In this document: positions 1 through 9,126 of the stretch, one piece after another
Position numbering within the stretch: the first letter of the stretch is position 1
Layout: the number at the start of each line of letters is the position of its first letter
Assembly: GCA_963794945.1 (NCBI GenBank)
Contig: CAWCFT010000006.1
Location: forward strand, 32,001-96,000
Length of the DNA: 64,000 nt
Reading direction: 5' to 3'
Origin: Endomicrobiales bacterium
GTDB lineage: Bacteria; Elusimicrobiota; Endomicrobiia; Endomicrobiales; CAWCFT01
Notes under the pieces: generated by a model
What the model was told of the DNA's origin: nothing
The model's input: only the letters and a program-made list of their open reading frames with translations
Databases searched by the model: none
Position numbers and translations under genes: made by a program

Positions 1-1133
1 ATGCCGCCCCTTATGAGGTTGTCCATGTAGGTGTGCCTGCAGTAGAGGTCGAACGCGCCGATGGCCGACTCTGTCGCGATGCCGTCAGTGAGGCTCTCTA
101 TCAGGAGCCTGTTCTCTTCGGCCTTATCCTCGAAATATTCCGCTTTGCCGGAAAGCTTAAAGAACTGGTTAAGCTTCTCTTCGCTGTCTATGTGGCCTAT
201 CATTGAATACAGCCTGACGTGCCCGCCGGCGGAAAGCCTGCGCCCGAAAAAGCTCATAGCTGATGGGTATTTGTTGCTTCCCATCTGGTTCTGGGGAACT
301 GCGAAACCGCCCTCGGCCATGAAAGCCTGGGGGTGCAGAAACGCCGCGTCCTGGCCGAAAACAACTTCGGGGTCGACAATGGCCGCGGCCTTGGAGAGGC
401 CATTAGGCGTTGTAACGAGGCCGAAATAGAAGTTGCCTTTGTGGACCTCTGTCACTTCTGTCTTATCGTTTATCTCTACTTTCAAACGGTAGAACGGAAC
501 ATTTTTATCGAGGTTGGTCACAAGAGTCCACGCCTGCGCCGTCGTGCTCATCTGCTTTAGAGTGTCTATGCCCATCCAGTAGGGGATGATCTTCGGCAGG
601 CCGTCTATGACCTCTATATCGGCCGGGCTTGCGCCGATGTTCTCTATCTCTAGCGTCCTTAAGAGCGCGGCTATCGGCTCGTTGGGAAGCGTGAAATACC
701 TTACCGTCGTCTTTAACCCCAGCGCCATGTTTATGTCTTCAAAAAGTATCTCGTACGGGCGGACGGACATCCTCTGCAAGGGCTCGCGGCCGCAGTTTGG
801 AGGGTTGCTGGTGAACGGCTCATAGAAAACATCGCTGTTTTTTCCTTTTATTTTTATGAACGTGCGGAAGCCCTGTGTCGCCGTAAGCCCGTAGGCGTTA
901 TTGGCGGCGTAGAATTCCATTATGGAGTAGTTCTTGTTCCTGATGCCGAACGACGCGATACCCTGGTTGCGGTTGACGTAAAACGCCCACATGGGTATGC
1001 CCTTGAGGCCCGCGACCCCCGGGAAAAAGCTCGAGAACGACTTAGCCTTGTTGTAATTCGTGATGACGAATGTCCCGTCTTCCAGCAGTTTGTAGCCGGA
1101 CTTCTCGCTGTCGTCTGCAAAGTTAGTTTTCAT
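1..1133 (-). CDS. Large glycoside phosphorylase, probably GH161 (beta-1,3-glucan phosphorylase-like, often annotated cellobiose phosphorylase); runs off window edge
   Basis: Not in ORF track (no stop in window). Manual translation from ATG 1133: MKTNFADDSEKSGYKLLEDGTFVITNYNKAKSFSSFFPGVAGLKGIPMWAFYVNRNQGIASFG...MEFYAAN...GFRTFIK...FDLYCRHTYMDNLIRGG; family assignment from recalled motif similarity. Confidence 0.65.
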   Translation of the reverse strand, partial: MKTNFADDSEKSGYKLLEDGTFVITNYNKAKSFSSFFPGVAGLKGIPMWAFYVNRNQGIASFGIRNKNYSIMEFYAANNAYGLTATQGFRTFIKIKGKNSDVFYEPFTSNPPNCGREPLQRMSVRPYEILFEDINMALGLKTTVRYFTLPNEPIAALLRTLEIENIGASPADIEVIDGLPKIIPYWMGIDTLKQMSTTAQAWTLVTNLDKNVPFYRLKVEINDKTEVTEVHKGNFYFGLVTTPNGLSKAAAIVDPEVVFGQDAAFLHPQAFMAEGGFAVPQNQMGSNKYPSAMSFFGRRLSAGGHVRLYSMIGHIDSEEKLNQFFKLSGKAEYFEDKAEENRLLIESLTDGIATESAIGAFDLYCRHTYMDNLIRGG

Positions 1134-1141
1134 CGAGCTCC

Positions 1142-2431
1142 TCAGAATACTCTCCGGAAGATGAAAGGAACGTTCTTGAAATGCGAGTTTAAGTCGAACG
1201 TCTTCCTGATCTCACCTTCGGAAAGGTAGTTTGTTATTTCTTTGTCTGCGGCGACGGCGCTCTGTAGCGACGTGCCCAAATTGCGGGCGGCGAAAGCCGC
1301 GCGCTGTATAAGTTCGTAAGCCTTCTCCCTGGAGAGGCCCTTATCAACGAGAGCGAGCAGGAGCGCGCCGGAAAATATCACGTCCTGTGTTTTCTCGAGG
1401 TTCTTCTTCATGTTCTCGGGGTAAACCACGAGGCCCGTGAGTATTCGGTTCATCCGTTCTATCATGAAATCCAGTGCAATCGACGCATCAGGCAGAAGCA
1501 CGCGCTCGGCTGACGAATGGCTTATGTCCCTCTCGTGCCACAGCGCCACGTCTTCCATGGCGGTCACGGCGTAGCCACGCAGAAGGCGGGCAAGGCCGCA
1601 GATGTTCTCCGACATTATGGGGTTCCGCTTGTGCGGCATGGCGGACGAGCCCTTCTGACCTTTTGTGAACGGCTCTTCCGCTTCCTGCACCTCGGTGCGC
1701 TGTAGGTGGCGTATCTCGACAGCTATGCGCTCAAGCGAGCTGCCGGCTATGGCGAGGCTCGCCGCAAATGAAGCGTGCCTGTCCCTCGGGACTATCTGGG
1801 TCGAAACAGGTTCTGGTTTGAGGCCTAGCTTTTTGCAAACGTACAATTCAACCTTGGGGCTTAAGTGAGCGAACGTGCCCACCGCGCCGGAGATCTTTCC
1901 GTAGCTTACGGTCTCGCCGGCTTTTTCCAGCATCTCTTTCGCCCTTTTTATTTCTGAATACCACGAGGCAGCCTTGAGCCCGAACGTTATGGGTTCCGCG
2001 TGCACACCGTGCGTGCGGCCCATCATGGGCGTGAACTCGTATTTTTTCGCGAGAGCTTTTATCGGGATAAGGAGTCTGCTCATACCCGCCGAGAGAAGCT
2101 CGCATGACTGTTTCATCTGGACGGAAAGCGCCGTGTCCAACACGTCGGATGAGGTCATCCCTAAATGAAGGAATCGCGCCTCAGGGCCGACCGATTCCAC
2201 CACCTGCGTGAGGAAAGCTATAACATCGTGCTTTACCGTAAGTTCTATCTCGTTGATTCTCTCTATATTTATTTTCGCTTTTTTGCGTATCTTGGCAACA
2301 GCGGATTTCGGCACCGCGCCCATCTTAGACATCGCTTCGGCGGCAAGTATCTCCACTTCAAGCATCTGCTTGAACCTGTTCTCTTCCGACCAAACCTGAG
2401 ACATTTCTTGTCTCGTATAACGCGGAATCAT
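1142..2431 (-). CDS. purB: Adenylosuccinate lyase
   Basis: MIPRYTR start, HLGMTSSD, GRTHGVHAEP, GSSAMPHKRNP signature. Confidence 0.97.
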   Translation of the reverse strand: MIPRYTRQEMSQVWSEENRFKQMLEVEILAAEAMSKMGAVPKSAVAKIRKKAKINIERINEIELTVKHDVIAFLTQVVESVGPEARFLHLGMTSSDVLDTALSVQMKQSCELLSAGMSRLLIPIKALAKKYEFTPMMGRTHGVHAEPITFGLKAASWYSEIKRAKEMLEKAGETVSYGKISGAVGTFAHLSPKVELYVCKKLGLKPEPVSTQIVPRDRHASFAASLAIAGSSLERIAVEIRHLQRTEVQEAEEPFTKGQKGSSAMPHKRNPIMSENICGLARLLRGYAVTAMEDVALWHERDISHSSAERVLLPDASIALDFMIERMNRILTGLVVYPENMKKNLEKTQDVIFSGALLLALVDKGLSREKAYELIQRAAFAARNLGTSLQSAVAADKEITNYLSEGEIRKTFDLNSHFKNVPFIFRRVF

Positions 2432-2443
2432 TACAACCTCCAG

Positions 2444-2478
2444 AAGCTGTAAGTTATAAGCTTTAAGCTGTAAGAAAA
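2444..2478. repeat. Heptamer array arm (TAAG-NNN)x5 downstream of four-helix-bundle gene
   Basis: aagctgt aagttat aagcttt aagctgt aagaaaa. Confidence 0.9.
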
Positions 2479-2484
2479 ATCAAT

Positions 2485-2838
2485 TCACGGCTTCAGTTTC
2501 TTTTCCAATCCTGTTATCATCCTACCAATCTCTTCACATTCAGCATTAAGTCGCTCAAAATCTTTCTTCTCAATATAATTCAGATCCTTGCTTAATATTA
2601 AATGATATTTTGTTTCTTCAAGAGAAGTTTCGGCAATGTTTAGAAAATGAATAAACTCTTTAGTGCTATTTTTTTTACATCCTTCTACAATATTGGTAGG
2701 AATTGAGCTCGCAGATCGCCTGACCTGCGAGACAATACCAAACTTCTCTTCTTCGGGAAATCTCTTTGTAATTGTATAAATAGCTAACACCAAACTATGC
2801 GCTTTTTCCCAAACTTTAAGATTTTTAAATATTGCCAT
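2485..2838 (-). CDS. Four helix bundle protein (TIGR02436 / 23S rRNA IVS protein / Avd-like fold)
   Basis: FKNLKVWEKAH..YTITKRFPEEEKFGIVSQVRRSASSIPTNIVEG..F..FLNIAETSLEETKYHL family motifs; visibly more AT-rich than neighbours. Confidence 0.93.
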   Translation of the reverse strand: MAIFKNLKVWEKAHSLVLAIYTITKRFPEEEKFGIVSQVRRSASSIPTNIVEGCKKNSTKEFIHFLNIAETSLEETKYHLILSKDLNYIEKKDFERLNAECEEIGRMITGLEKKLKP

Positions 2839-2852
2839 TTTAATATCAGATA

Positions 2853-2942
2853 TAAGCCGTAAGTTTTAAGCTATAAGAAAAATCTAAATCTTTATGGGCT
2901 TTTATTTTTGACTTTTCTTACAGCTTATAGCTTACCGCTTAA
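2853..2942. repeat. Heptamer inverted-repeat element
   Basis: taagccg taagttt taagcta taagaaaa ... ttttctta cagctta tagctta ccgctta; last unit contains purN stop. Confidence 0.92.
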
Positions 2943-3527
2943 AGCCTGCCGTTAATAATTTTAAGTATAGCTTCGGGATAAAGCTTGTGTTCTACTTCCA
3001 AAACCCGCTCCGCCAATGTTTCCGGCGTATCGGCCGCAAGCACCGGTACTTTCATCTGCGCCACAATATTGCCGTGATCGTAATGTTCGTCAACCCAGTG
3101 AACAGTGGCGCCGGATTCCTTCTCTTTAGCGGCGATAACGGCTTCGTGAACAAAATGGCCGTACATCCCTTTGCCCCCGTACTTGGGCAGAAGCGCGGGA
3201 TGGATGTTCACTATCTTGAAACTGTTTATAAGCCCGGGCTCAAGCTTCAAAAGATAGCCTGCCAGGCAGAACAAGCTCAACCCTGTGTTCAGTCAGCCTA
3301 TTTTTTATCTCTTCGCAGAAATCCCCTGCATCAAGATATTCTTTCCTGTCGATAAACACGGCCGGTATATTGTGCTTAACGGCCCTCTGAAGGCCGTACG
3401 CGTCTATCCTGTTGGATATGACTACCGCGACTTCAGCCTTGCCTTTGAGGATGCCGAACCCGCAGGCGTCTAATATCGCCTGAAGGTTGCTTCCACCGCC
3501 CGATATCAAAACTCCGAGCTTTACCAT
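2939..3527 (-). CDS. purN: Phosphoribosylglycinamide formyltransferase (frameshift near 3280, probable sequence error)
   Basis: LISGGGSNLQAI in 3240..3527; LAGYL, NIHPALLPKYGGKGMYG, SGATVHWV in 2939..3280. Confidence 0.93.
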
Positions 3528-4483
3528 TTATACGAGTTCCACGCCTTTTTTGCCTTTTTCTACGGACCCTATTATTATTGAGCCTTTGAGGTGTTTGAGA
3601 GTTCTCTCAGCGGCCGACGGGCGTACTATAACCGCCATGCCGATACCCATGTTGAGCGTCCTGTATATTTCCTTATCAGGCACGTTCCCTTTGTTCTGTA
3701 TGACGCGGAATATCTCCGGCACGTTCCATGATCTTTTGTTTATGGCGACCTTGCAGCCTTCCGGCACAATTCGGCCGATCTTATCGTAGAAACTGCCGCC
3801 GGTTATGTGTGCAATACCAGTGATAAGGGGTAAGCTGTAAGGGGTAAGTAAAGACAAAATCTCTTTGACATATATTCTGGTTGGAGCAAGAAGCTCTTTG
3901 GAGTATTTCTTCAGTTCTTTTGTCGAAAATACCTTACGTATAAGCGAGTAGCCGTTCGAGTGCGGGCCTGATGAAGGCAGCCCTATTACTACGTCGCCCG
4001 GGTGCATCTTTTTGCCTGTTATCTCTTTTCCCTTCTCCAGGGAACCCACCGCGAAACCCGCGAGATCGTATTCCCCGGGAGGATAGAAACCCGGCATCTC
4101 GGCTGTCTCGCCGCCTATGAGTGCGCAGCCGGAAATATCACAGCCTTTTTTAATGCCGGATATAACATTTTCGGCAAGGTTGACATCAAGCTTTCCACAG
4201 GCGAAGTAGTCTAAGAAGAAAAGCGGTTTAGCACCGCAGCAGATTATGTCGTTAACGTTCATTGCCACTAGGTCTATACCCACGGTGTCGTGCTTATTTA
4301 AAAGGAACGCTATTTTGAGCTTGGTCCCGACGCCGTCCGTAGAGCTTACGAGGTTATATTTCGTGCCCGCCAGTGGGAATGCCCCGCCGAATCCGCCGAT
4401 CTTGGGAAGTTTACTCTTCACCGCCGCACCAGCTCGTTGCCCGCGTCGATGTTTACTCCGGCCTTTCTATAGGTGACCTTCAT
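3528..4483 (-). CDS. purM: AIR synthetase (frameshift near 4425)
   Basis: ATG 4483 gives MKVTYRKAGVNIDAGNELV; then GGFGG, STDGVGTK, GIDLVAMNVND, GGETAEMPG, HSNGYSL, AHITGG. Confidence 0.95.
3821..3852. repeat. Heptamer array arm embedded in purM coding sequence
   Basis: tga taagggg taagctg taagggg taagtaaa, encoding LLTPYSLPLI on minus strand. Confidence 0.8.
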
Positions 4484-4501
4484 TATAACTCCTTAATTTA
4501 T

Positions 4502-4603
4502 TAGCTATAAGCTGTAAGCTTTAAGCTATAAGAAAAATCTTATAAATACATACGCTTACGATTTTTGTCTTTTCTTACAGCATATAACTTATAGCTTATA
4601 ACT
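4502..4603. repeat. Heptamer inverted-repeat element between pyrE and purM
   Basis: tagcta taagctg taagctt taagcta taagaaaa ... ttttctta cagcata taactta tagctta taact. Confidence 0.92.
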
Positions 4604-4606
4604 ATT

Positions 4607-5182
4607 TTACTTCCTGCTTCCCGGTTTTATTGGCGACCCGCCTTCCTTACACATCGGGCACTCTTCTGCTTTGTAGCTTTTTACTTCTAGGCTGAGCAGC
4701 GACGAGCGCGGCACGCCAAAATCAACTTTTCCGCCGGAGCGGTCAACAAGGGACGCGACCGCGACGATCTCAGCGCCCAGCGGCTTTATAGTGTCTATTA
4801 CTTCTCTTGTTGAAAGGCCCGTAGTTATCACGTCTTCTACCACGAGGCACTTCTCGCCTTTTTCAACACTGAAACCGCGGCGGAGTGTGAGCTTTCCGTC
4901 AACCCGCTCGCAGAATATCGCGCGGCAACCAATCTGCGCCGCCACTTCCTGGCCGACCACGATACCGCCTAAGGCCGGTGAAACCACAACATCTATGTCC
5001 GGGACATCCTTTAATATCTTGTCTGCGAGAAGCGCGGCGAGCTTTTCCGCTTCCGCCGGATGCTGGAGTATCAACGCGGACTGGAAATACGTGTCGGAAT
5101 GGAGCCCGCTTGAGAGCAGAAAATGTCCGCTCAACAACGCGTTGTTCTTTTCAAATAATTGTTTTACTTCTGAATCTTTCAT
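4607..5182 (-). CDS. pyrE: Orotate phosphoribosyltransferase
   Basis: GHFLLSSGLHSDTY, VVEDVITTG PRPP motif. Confidence 0.96.
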   Translation of the reverse strand: MKDSEVKQLFEKNNALLSGHFLLSSGLHSDTYFQSALILQHPAEAEKLAALLADKILKDVPDIDVVVSPALGGIVVGQEVAAQIGCRAIFCERVDGKLTLRRGFSVEKGEKCLVVEDVITTGLSTREVIDTIKPLGAEIVAVASLVDRSGGKVDFGVPRSSLLSLEVKSYKAEECPMCKEGGSPIKPGSRK

Positions 5183-5204
5183 TATATCCCCTTTCGCTAG
5201 ATAT

Positions 5205-5292
5205 CAGCTATAAGCTGTAGGCTTTAAGCTATAAGAAACTTCGATTTGCGACTTTTATTTTCTTACAGCTTATAACTTATAGCTTACAACTA
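5205..5292. repeat. Heptamer inverted-repeat element between pyrF and pyrE
   Basis: cagcta taagctg taggctt taagcta taagaaa ... ttttctta cagctta taactta tagctta caacta; overlaps pyrF stop. Confidence 0.92.
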
Positions 5293-5946
5293 TTTTGTTG
5301 ATGCTTTTTCTATTTCTTCCGTCATGATTTTTGCTGCTTCCACTGGGTCAACCGCTTCTATCACAGGCCGGCCAACAACTATAAAGTTCGCTCCGGCCCT
5401 TATCGCGGCGGCAGGGGTGGCTATTCTTTTCTGGTCGTGCTTGTCTTCGTTCGCCATCCTTATGCCGGGCGTTATTACGCCAAACTCGCTGCCGCAGGCT
5501 TTCTTAATATCCTCTATTTCGTGCGGTGAAGATATCACGCCGTCCATGCCGGACTTTTTCGCAAGCAGCGCCCGTTCGCGCACTACCACCGGGTCGACAG
5601 GCTGGCTGGTGAGCACCGTGACCGCCCATAACCTCGGATGATTCGGCACAAACGCTGCCTCTTTCATCATGATCTCGCCGCCAGCTGAATGGAGGGTTAG
5701 GCTGTAAACACCTAGCTCCGACGCCGATTCAACGGAACGCTTGACAGTCTGCGGTATGTCGTGGAACTTAAGGTCAAGAAAAACCTCGTTGCCGCCCTGT
5801 TTTATTTGTTTAATAAGTTCCGGGCCTTCCTTGAGAAAAAGTATCGGGCCCACCTTGAATATGTCGACGTACGGCGAAAGTATCTCAACCAGGTACATTG
5901 CCCTGTCCTTATCTTTGACGTCAAGCGCTACTATCATCTTTTTCAT
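5290..5946 (-). CDS. pyrF: Orotidine 5'-phosphate decarboxylase
   Basis: IVALD, FKVG, FLDLKFHDIPQT, ITPGIR, VVGRP; ATG 5946 with GGAG upstream. Confidence 0.96.
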   Translation of the reverse strand: MKKMIVALDVKDKDRAMYLVEILSPYVDIFKVGPILFLKEGPELIKQIKQGGNEVFLDLKFHDIPQTVKRSVESASELGVYSLTLHSAGGEIMMKEAAFVPNHPRLWAVTVLTSQPVDPVVVRERALLAKKSGMDGVISSPHEIEDIKKACGSEFGVITPGIRMANEDKHDQKRIATPAAAIRAGANFIVVGRPVIEAVDPVEAAKIMTEEIEKASTK

Positions 5947-5966
5947 AACTGCTCCCGGGAAATAAT

Positions 5967-6108
5967 TCAAAAATCAAACATCAAATATAAAAATTATAGA
6001 TAATATCCCCAGCAAAACTAATGATTGTTTCTATTGTTTTTTCTTGTTTGCGAATTAATTTATAAATATTGGCCTGTTTTTGATCTTTGATTTTTAATAT
6101 TTGATATT
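5967..6108. repeat. Second-type heptamer inverted repeat (TCAAANA)n
   Basis: tcaaaaa tcaaaca tcaaata taaaaat ... tttttga tctttga tttttaa tatttga. Confidence 0.75.
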
Positions 6109-6112
6109 GCCT

Positions 6113-8161
6113 TTACTTTACGGGATGCTTTATTATATAGTCCGTAACCGCGAGCGCGGATTTGAAATGCTTCAAAAGTTTCTCGTGTTCGGCGTCCGGC
6201 TGGGCTGGCTTTAAGAGCCTTCTTGACGACTGGTCCCACACATAATAAGACACAACGTTATTCTCAACGAAACAGCGCAGCGCCCTGTCCTTCGACATCA
6301 CGAGCCCGTCAACATTGAAGGCTATGTGCTTTGTATTCTTATCAAGCATGTCCCCGCCTAGCGAAGCATACTGTTGCCCGGACAGCGAGAGGTTGTAAAG
6401 CGTAGCCATAATATCCAGGTGCGAGCCGAACGTGTCCTTGTCTATATCGCGGGGCTTTAGGCTTTCGGGAATATAAAGGTAGAACGGCACACCGTCCAAG
6501 TCAAGGTAGCGTTCTTTGGGGTAATCGAAAACGCTCCAGAAATTGTGGTCGCCCGTTACGGCGATTATCGTGTTCTTGCCGAGCGACGAGGCTTTTATCC
6601 TCGATATAAGTTCGCCCAGCTTATTGTTTGAGTACTGATAAGTCTCGAACCGCATCTTAGCGAGCTTCATGTCGCCCGTGATGTCTTTCCGCAGCTCTGG
6701 CGAAATATTGAGCGGCAGAAGCTTGTAGTCCGCCGGCAGCGAATAAGGCGGGTGGTTTGTCGTTGTCATCGTGAATATGAACTTGGGTTTGCCGTTATTT
6801 TTCGAGAGCCTGTCGTATATGTGCTGGAAAAGATACTCGTCATAGACACCCCACTGGTTCTTCGGGAATCTCGGGTCCATAGAACCCGCGCCCTCTGCTG
6901 AATCAAAACCAAGGTTTCCGGCGAACATGAATACGTTCCTCCAGCCGGCGTTGCCTCCGTAAAGGAATATCGTCTCATAACCAGCCCGCTTGTAAGGCAC
7001 CGCTGCGCCCGTGAAATAGTAGTTGTAGGCGAACTTCGACTGCGTAACGGCCTTAGCGGCCGGCCTCTTTGGCATGCTTAATATGGCCGTTTCTATACTG
7101 CCGATCGTTCCGACATCTCCGGAAAGAAAGTTATAGAACACTGTATCAGAATCGAAATGTTTCTTCAGCTCGCCCATGACGTTGAACTCAGGCGAATTGT
7201 AATGCAGAAGGTCAGAGCCGAAACTCTCCATCATTATGAATATTACGTTGGGCCTTGTCTTTTCGATCGCAACGCTCTTTTTTGTCGTTCTTATCACGCT
7301 CTCCTGAAGGGCTTCCTTGTTGAGCTTTGAAGCGGGAACGTCCAGAAAATCCGAGAATGCGCGCACCGGGTCGTCGGAATAGCCAACCTGTTTGGAAATA
7401 TCGTAGCTTCCGTTCTCTTTCATTCTGGCCTCTAAGGCTTCCTGAAAGGTATATATTCCGTTAATAGACACTTTGTTTATGAAAATGTCCGGCGATATCT
7501 CGGCGTCCATCGTACCCAGCGGGAAAAGCCCGAAACCGCCCCTCGCTGCAATGACGTTGCAGGCCAGAAGCCCGCCGAGGAAAAAGAATTTTATCAGGAA
7601 CGGGTACCGCTTGTGGCTGTCGTGCTCGAGATCTACCTGGTTTGTGAAATGGCTTGTTATAAAATAAACGATCGAGATGAGCACTAGGAAAATAAACGAA
7701 ACCAGCGGCACGTTATAGTTGTCCGCTATAGTGGAAAAAAGCGCCTTAGTATCGTCTTCCAGAACACCGAAAATGATTATGTTTATGTGGTTCTTAAAAT
7801 AAGAGAAAAAGCCAAAGTCCACACAAAGCAGTATAAAAATAAATGAGAACATAAGAACGTAGTAGGCTTTTGCCGCGGACAACCAGAATCTGAAAACTTT
7901 TGTGCTCCCGATGGCGGAAACTACTATCAGCGTCAAAACTACCAGCATGTTGACATAAGCTACTACACCCAGGTCAAACCTCACACCCATATAAAAAGCT
8001 TTAAAAACGTATATCCAGAGTCCACTTGATGTTTTCAAGCCGCCGTAGTATACGAAGAAGACAAGTCTAAAGACGGACATAAGAAGAAGGAACACCGCGT
8101 TCGCTAGTAAAAGTTTTTTAACCGAATCTATCACGGCCCCGAAAGGAAGGTATTTGTTCAT
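6113..8161 (-). CDS. LTA synthase family / sulfatase-like membrane protein
   Basis: N-terminal TM helices, PNVIFIMMESF, WGVYDE, TTTNHPPY, TGDH. Confidence 0.88.
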   Translation of the reverse strand: MNKYLPFGAVIDSVKKLLLANAVFLLLMSVFRLVFFVYYGGLKTSSGLWIYVFKAFYMGVRFDLGVVAYVNMLVVLTLIVVSAIGSTKVFRFWLSAAKAYYVLMFSFIFILLCVDFGFFSYFKNHINIIIFGVLEDDTKALFSTIADNYNVPLVSFIFLVLISIVYFITSHFTNQVDLEHDSHKRYPFLIKFFFLGGLLACNVIAARGGFGLFPLGTMDAEISPDIFINKVSINGIYTFQEALEARMKENGSYDISKQVGYSDDPVRAFSDFLDVPASKLNKEALQESVIRTTKKSVAIEKTRPNVIFIMMESFGSDLLHYNSPEFNVMGELKKHFDSDTVFYNFLSGDVGTIGSIETAILSMPKRPAAKAVTQSKFAYNYYFTGAAVPYKRAGYETIFLYGGNAGWRNVFMFAGNLGFDSAEGAGSMDPRFPKNQWGVYDEYLFQHIYDRLSKNNGKPKFIFTMTTTNHPPYSLPADYKLLPLNISPELRKDITGDMKLAKMRFETYQYSNNKLGELISRIKASSLGKNTIIAVTGDHNFWSVFDYPKERYLDLDGVPFYLYIPESLKPRDIDKDTFGSHLDIMATLYNLSLSGQQYASLGGDMLDKNTKHIAFNVDGLVMSKDRALRCFVENNVVSYYVWDQSSRRLLKPAQPDAEHEKLLKHFKSALAVTDYIIKHPVK

Positions 8162-9072
8162 GATTTTAGTTTTCCTTTTATGTCTTTAAGTGACGTAAAT
8201 TTCTTCCCCCTGAGATATTCGCGCAGGCCTTCCGATATGTTGGGTCCGGCGTCAGGATCGACGAGGCTCGCCGTCCCGACACTCACGGCGCTCGCGCCGG
8301 CTATAATGAACTCGGCCGCATCTTCGCCTGACGATATACCGCCGCCGCCTATGACCGGAATCTTAAGGCTTTTTACGGCTTCCCAAACGCAGCGCAGGGC
8401 AAGCGGCTTTATGCATGGGCCCGAAAGGCCTCCAGTAACGGTCGAAAGCCTCGGCCTGAACGTGTGCGCGTCTATGGACATACCGGGAAACGTGTTTACA
8501 AGCGAAACAGCGTCGGCACCCGACTTTTCCGCGAGCATTGCGGCCGCGGCTATATCCTGCACTTGCGGCGAAAGTTTCGCGATTATAGGATGATGTTTCG
8601 TCTTGGAAGTCTTTTTGATTATCTCGGCGAACAGTTCTTCATCCTGACAGATGATCTTCTTCTTGAGATTCGGGCATGAAAGATTGAGCTCTATGGCGGA
8701 AATGAACTTTATCTGGTTGAGCAGGGTAACGAGAGCGACATACTCCTCTGACGTCGAACCTGCAACGCTGACAATTATGGGCACGCCAAGTTTTTTAAGA
8801 TCGTCCAGTTTCTCATCCATGAACCTCTCAAAACCGACGTTCTGGAGCCCGATCGTGTTGAGCATGCCGCTCGCCGTCTCGCATATCCTCGGCGGCGGGT
8901 TGCCAATCCTCGGGCCTAGTGTTATAGTCTTCGTGATTATAGCCCCGATCCTGGACATATCCACGAGATCGGTGAGCTCATCGCCGTACCCGAAAGTCCC
9001 GGAGGCAGTTATAACGGGACTTGTTAATTTTATCCCGGCTATTTCAGTTGATATATCAATTTTTGAGTTCAT
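8158..9072 (-). CDS. pyrD: Dihydroorotate dehydrogenase 1B catalytic subunit
   Basis: ASGTFGYG, GNPPPRICET, ELNLSCPN, GGLSGPCIKP. Confidence 0.95.
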   Translation of the reverse strand: MNSKIDISTEIAGIKLTSPVITASGTFGYGDELTDLVDMSRIGAIITKTITLGPRIGNPPPRICETASGMLNTIGLQNVGFERFMDEKLDDLKKLGVPIIVSVAGSTSEEYVALVTLLNQIKFISAIELNLSCPNLKKKIICQDEELFAEIIKKTSKTKHHPIIAKLSPQVQDIAAAAMLAEKSGADAVSLVNTFPGMSIDAHTFRPRLSTVTGGLSGPCIKPLALRCVWEAVKSLKIPVIGGGGISSGEDAAEFIIAGASAVSVGTASLVDPDAGPNISEGLREYLRGKKFTSLKDIKGKLKS

Positions 9073-9086
9073 GATTTGATTGTGTT

Positions 9087-9115
9087 TTTACTTACCGCTT
9101 ACAACTTATCACTTA
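9087..9115. repeat. Lone heptamer array arm between pyrK and pyrD
   Basis: tttactta ccgctta caactta tcactta. Confidence 0.82.
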
Positions 9116-9126
9116 TATAGCTGTCG

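Noticed and set aside
2485..2838. Four-helix-bundle gene as Avd of a diversity-generating retroelement or as a 23S rRNA IVS
   Set aside because: No reverse transcriptase, TR/VR pair or rRNA gene in the window.
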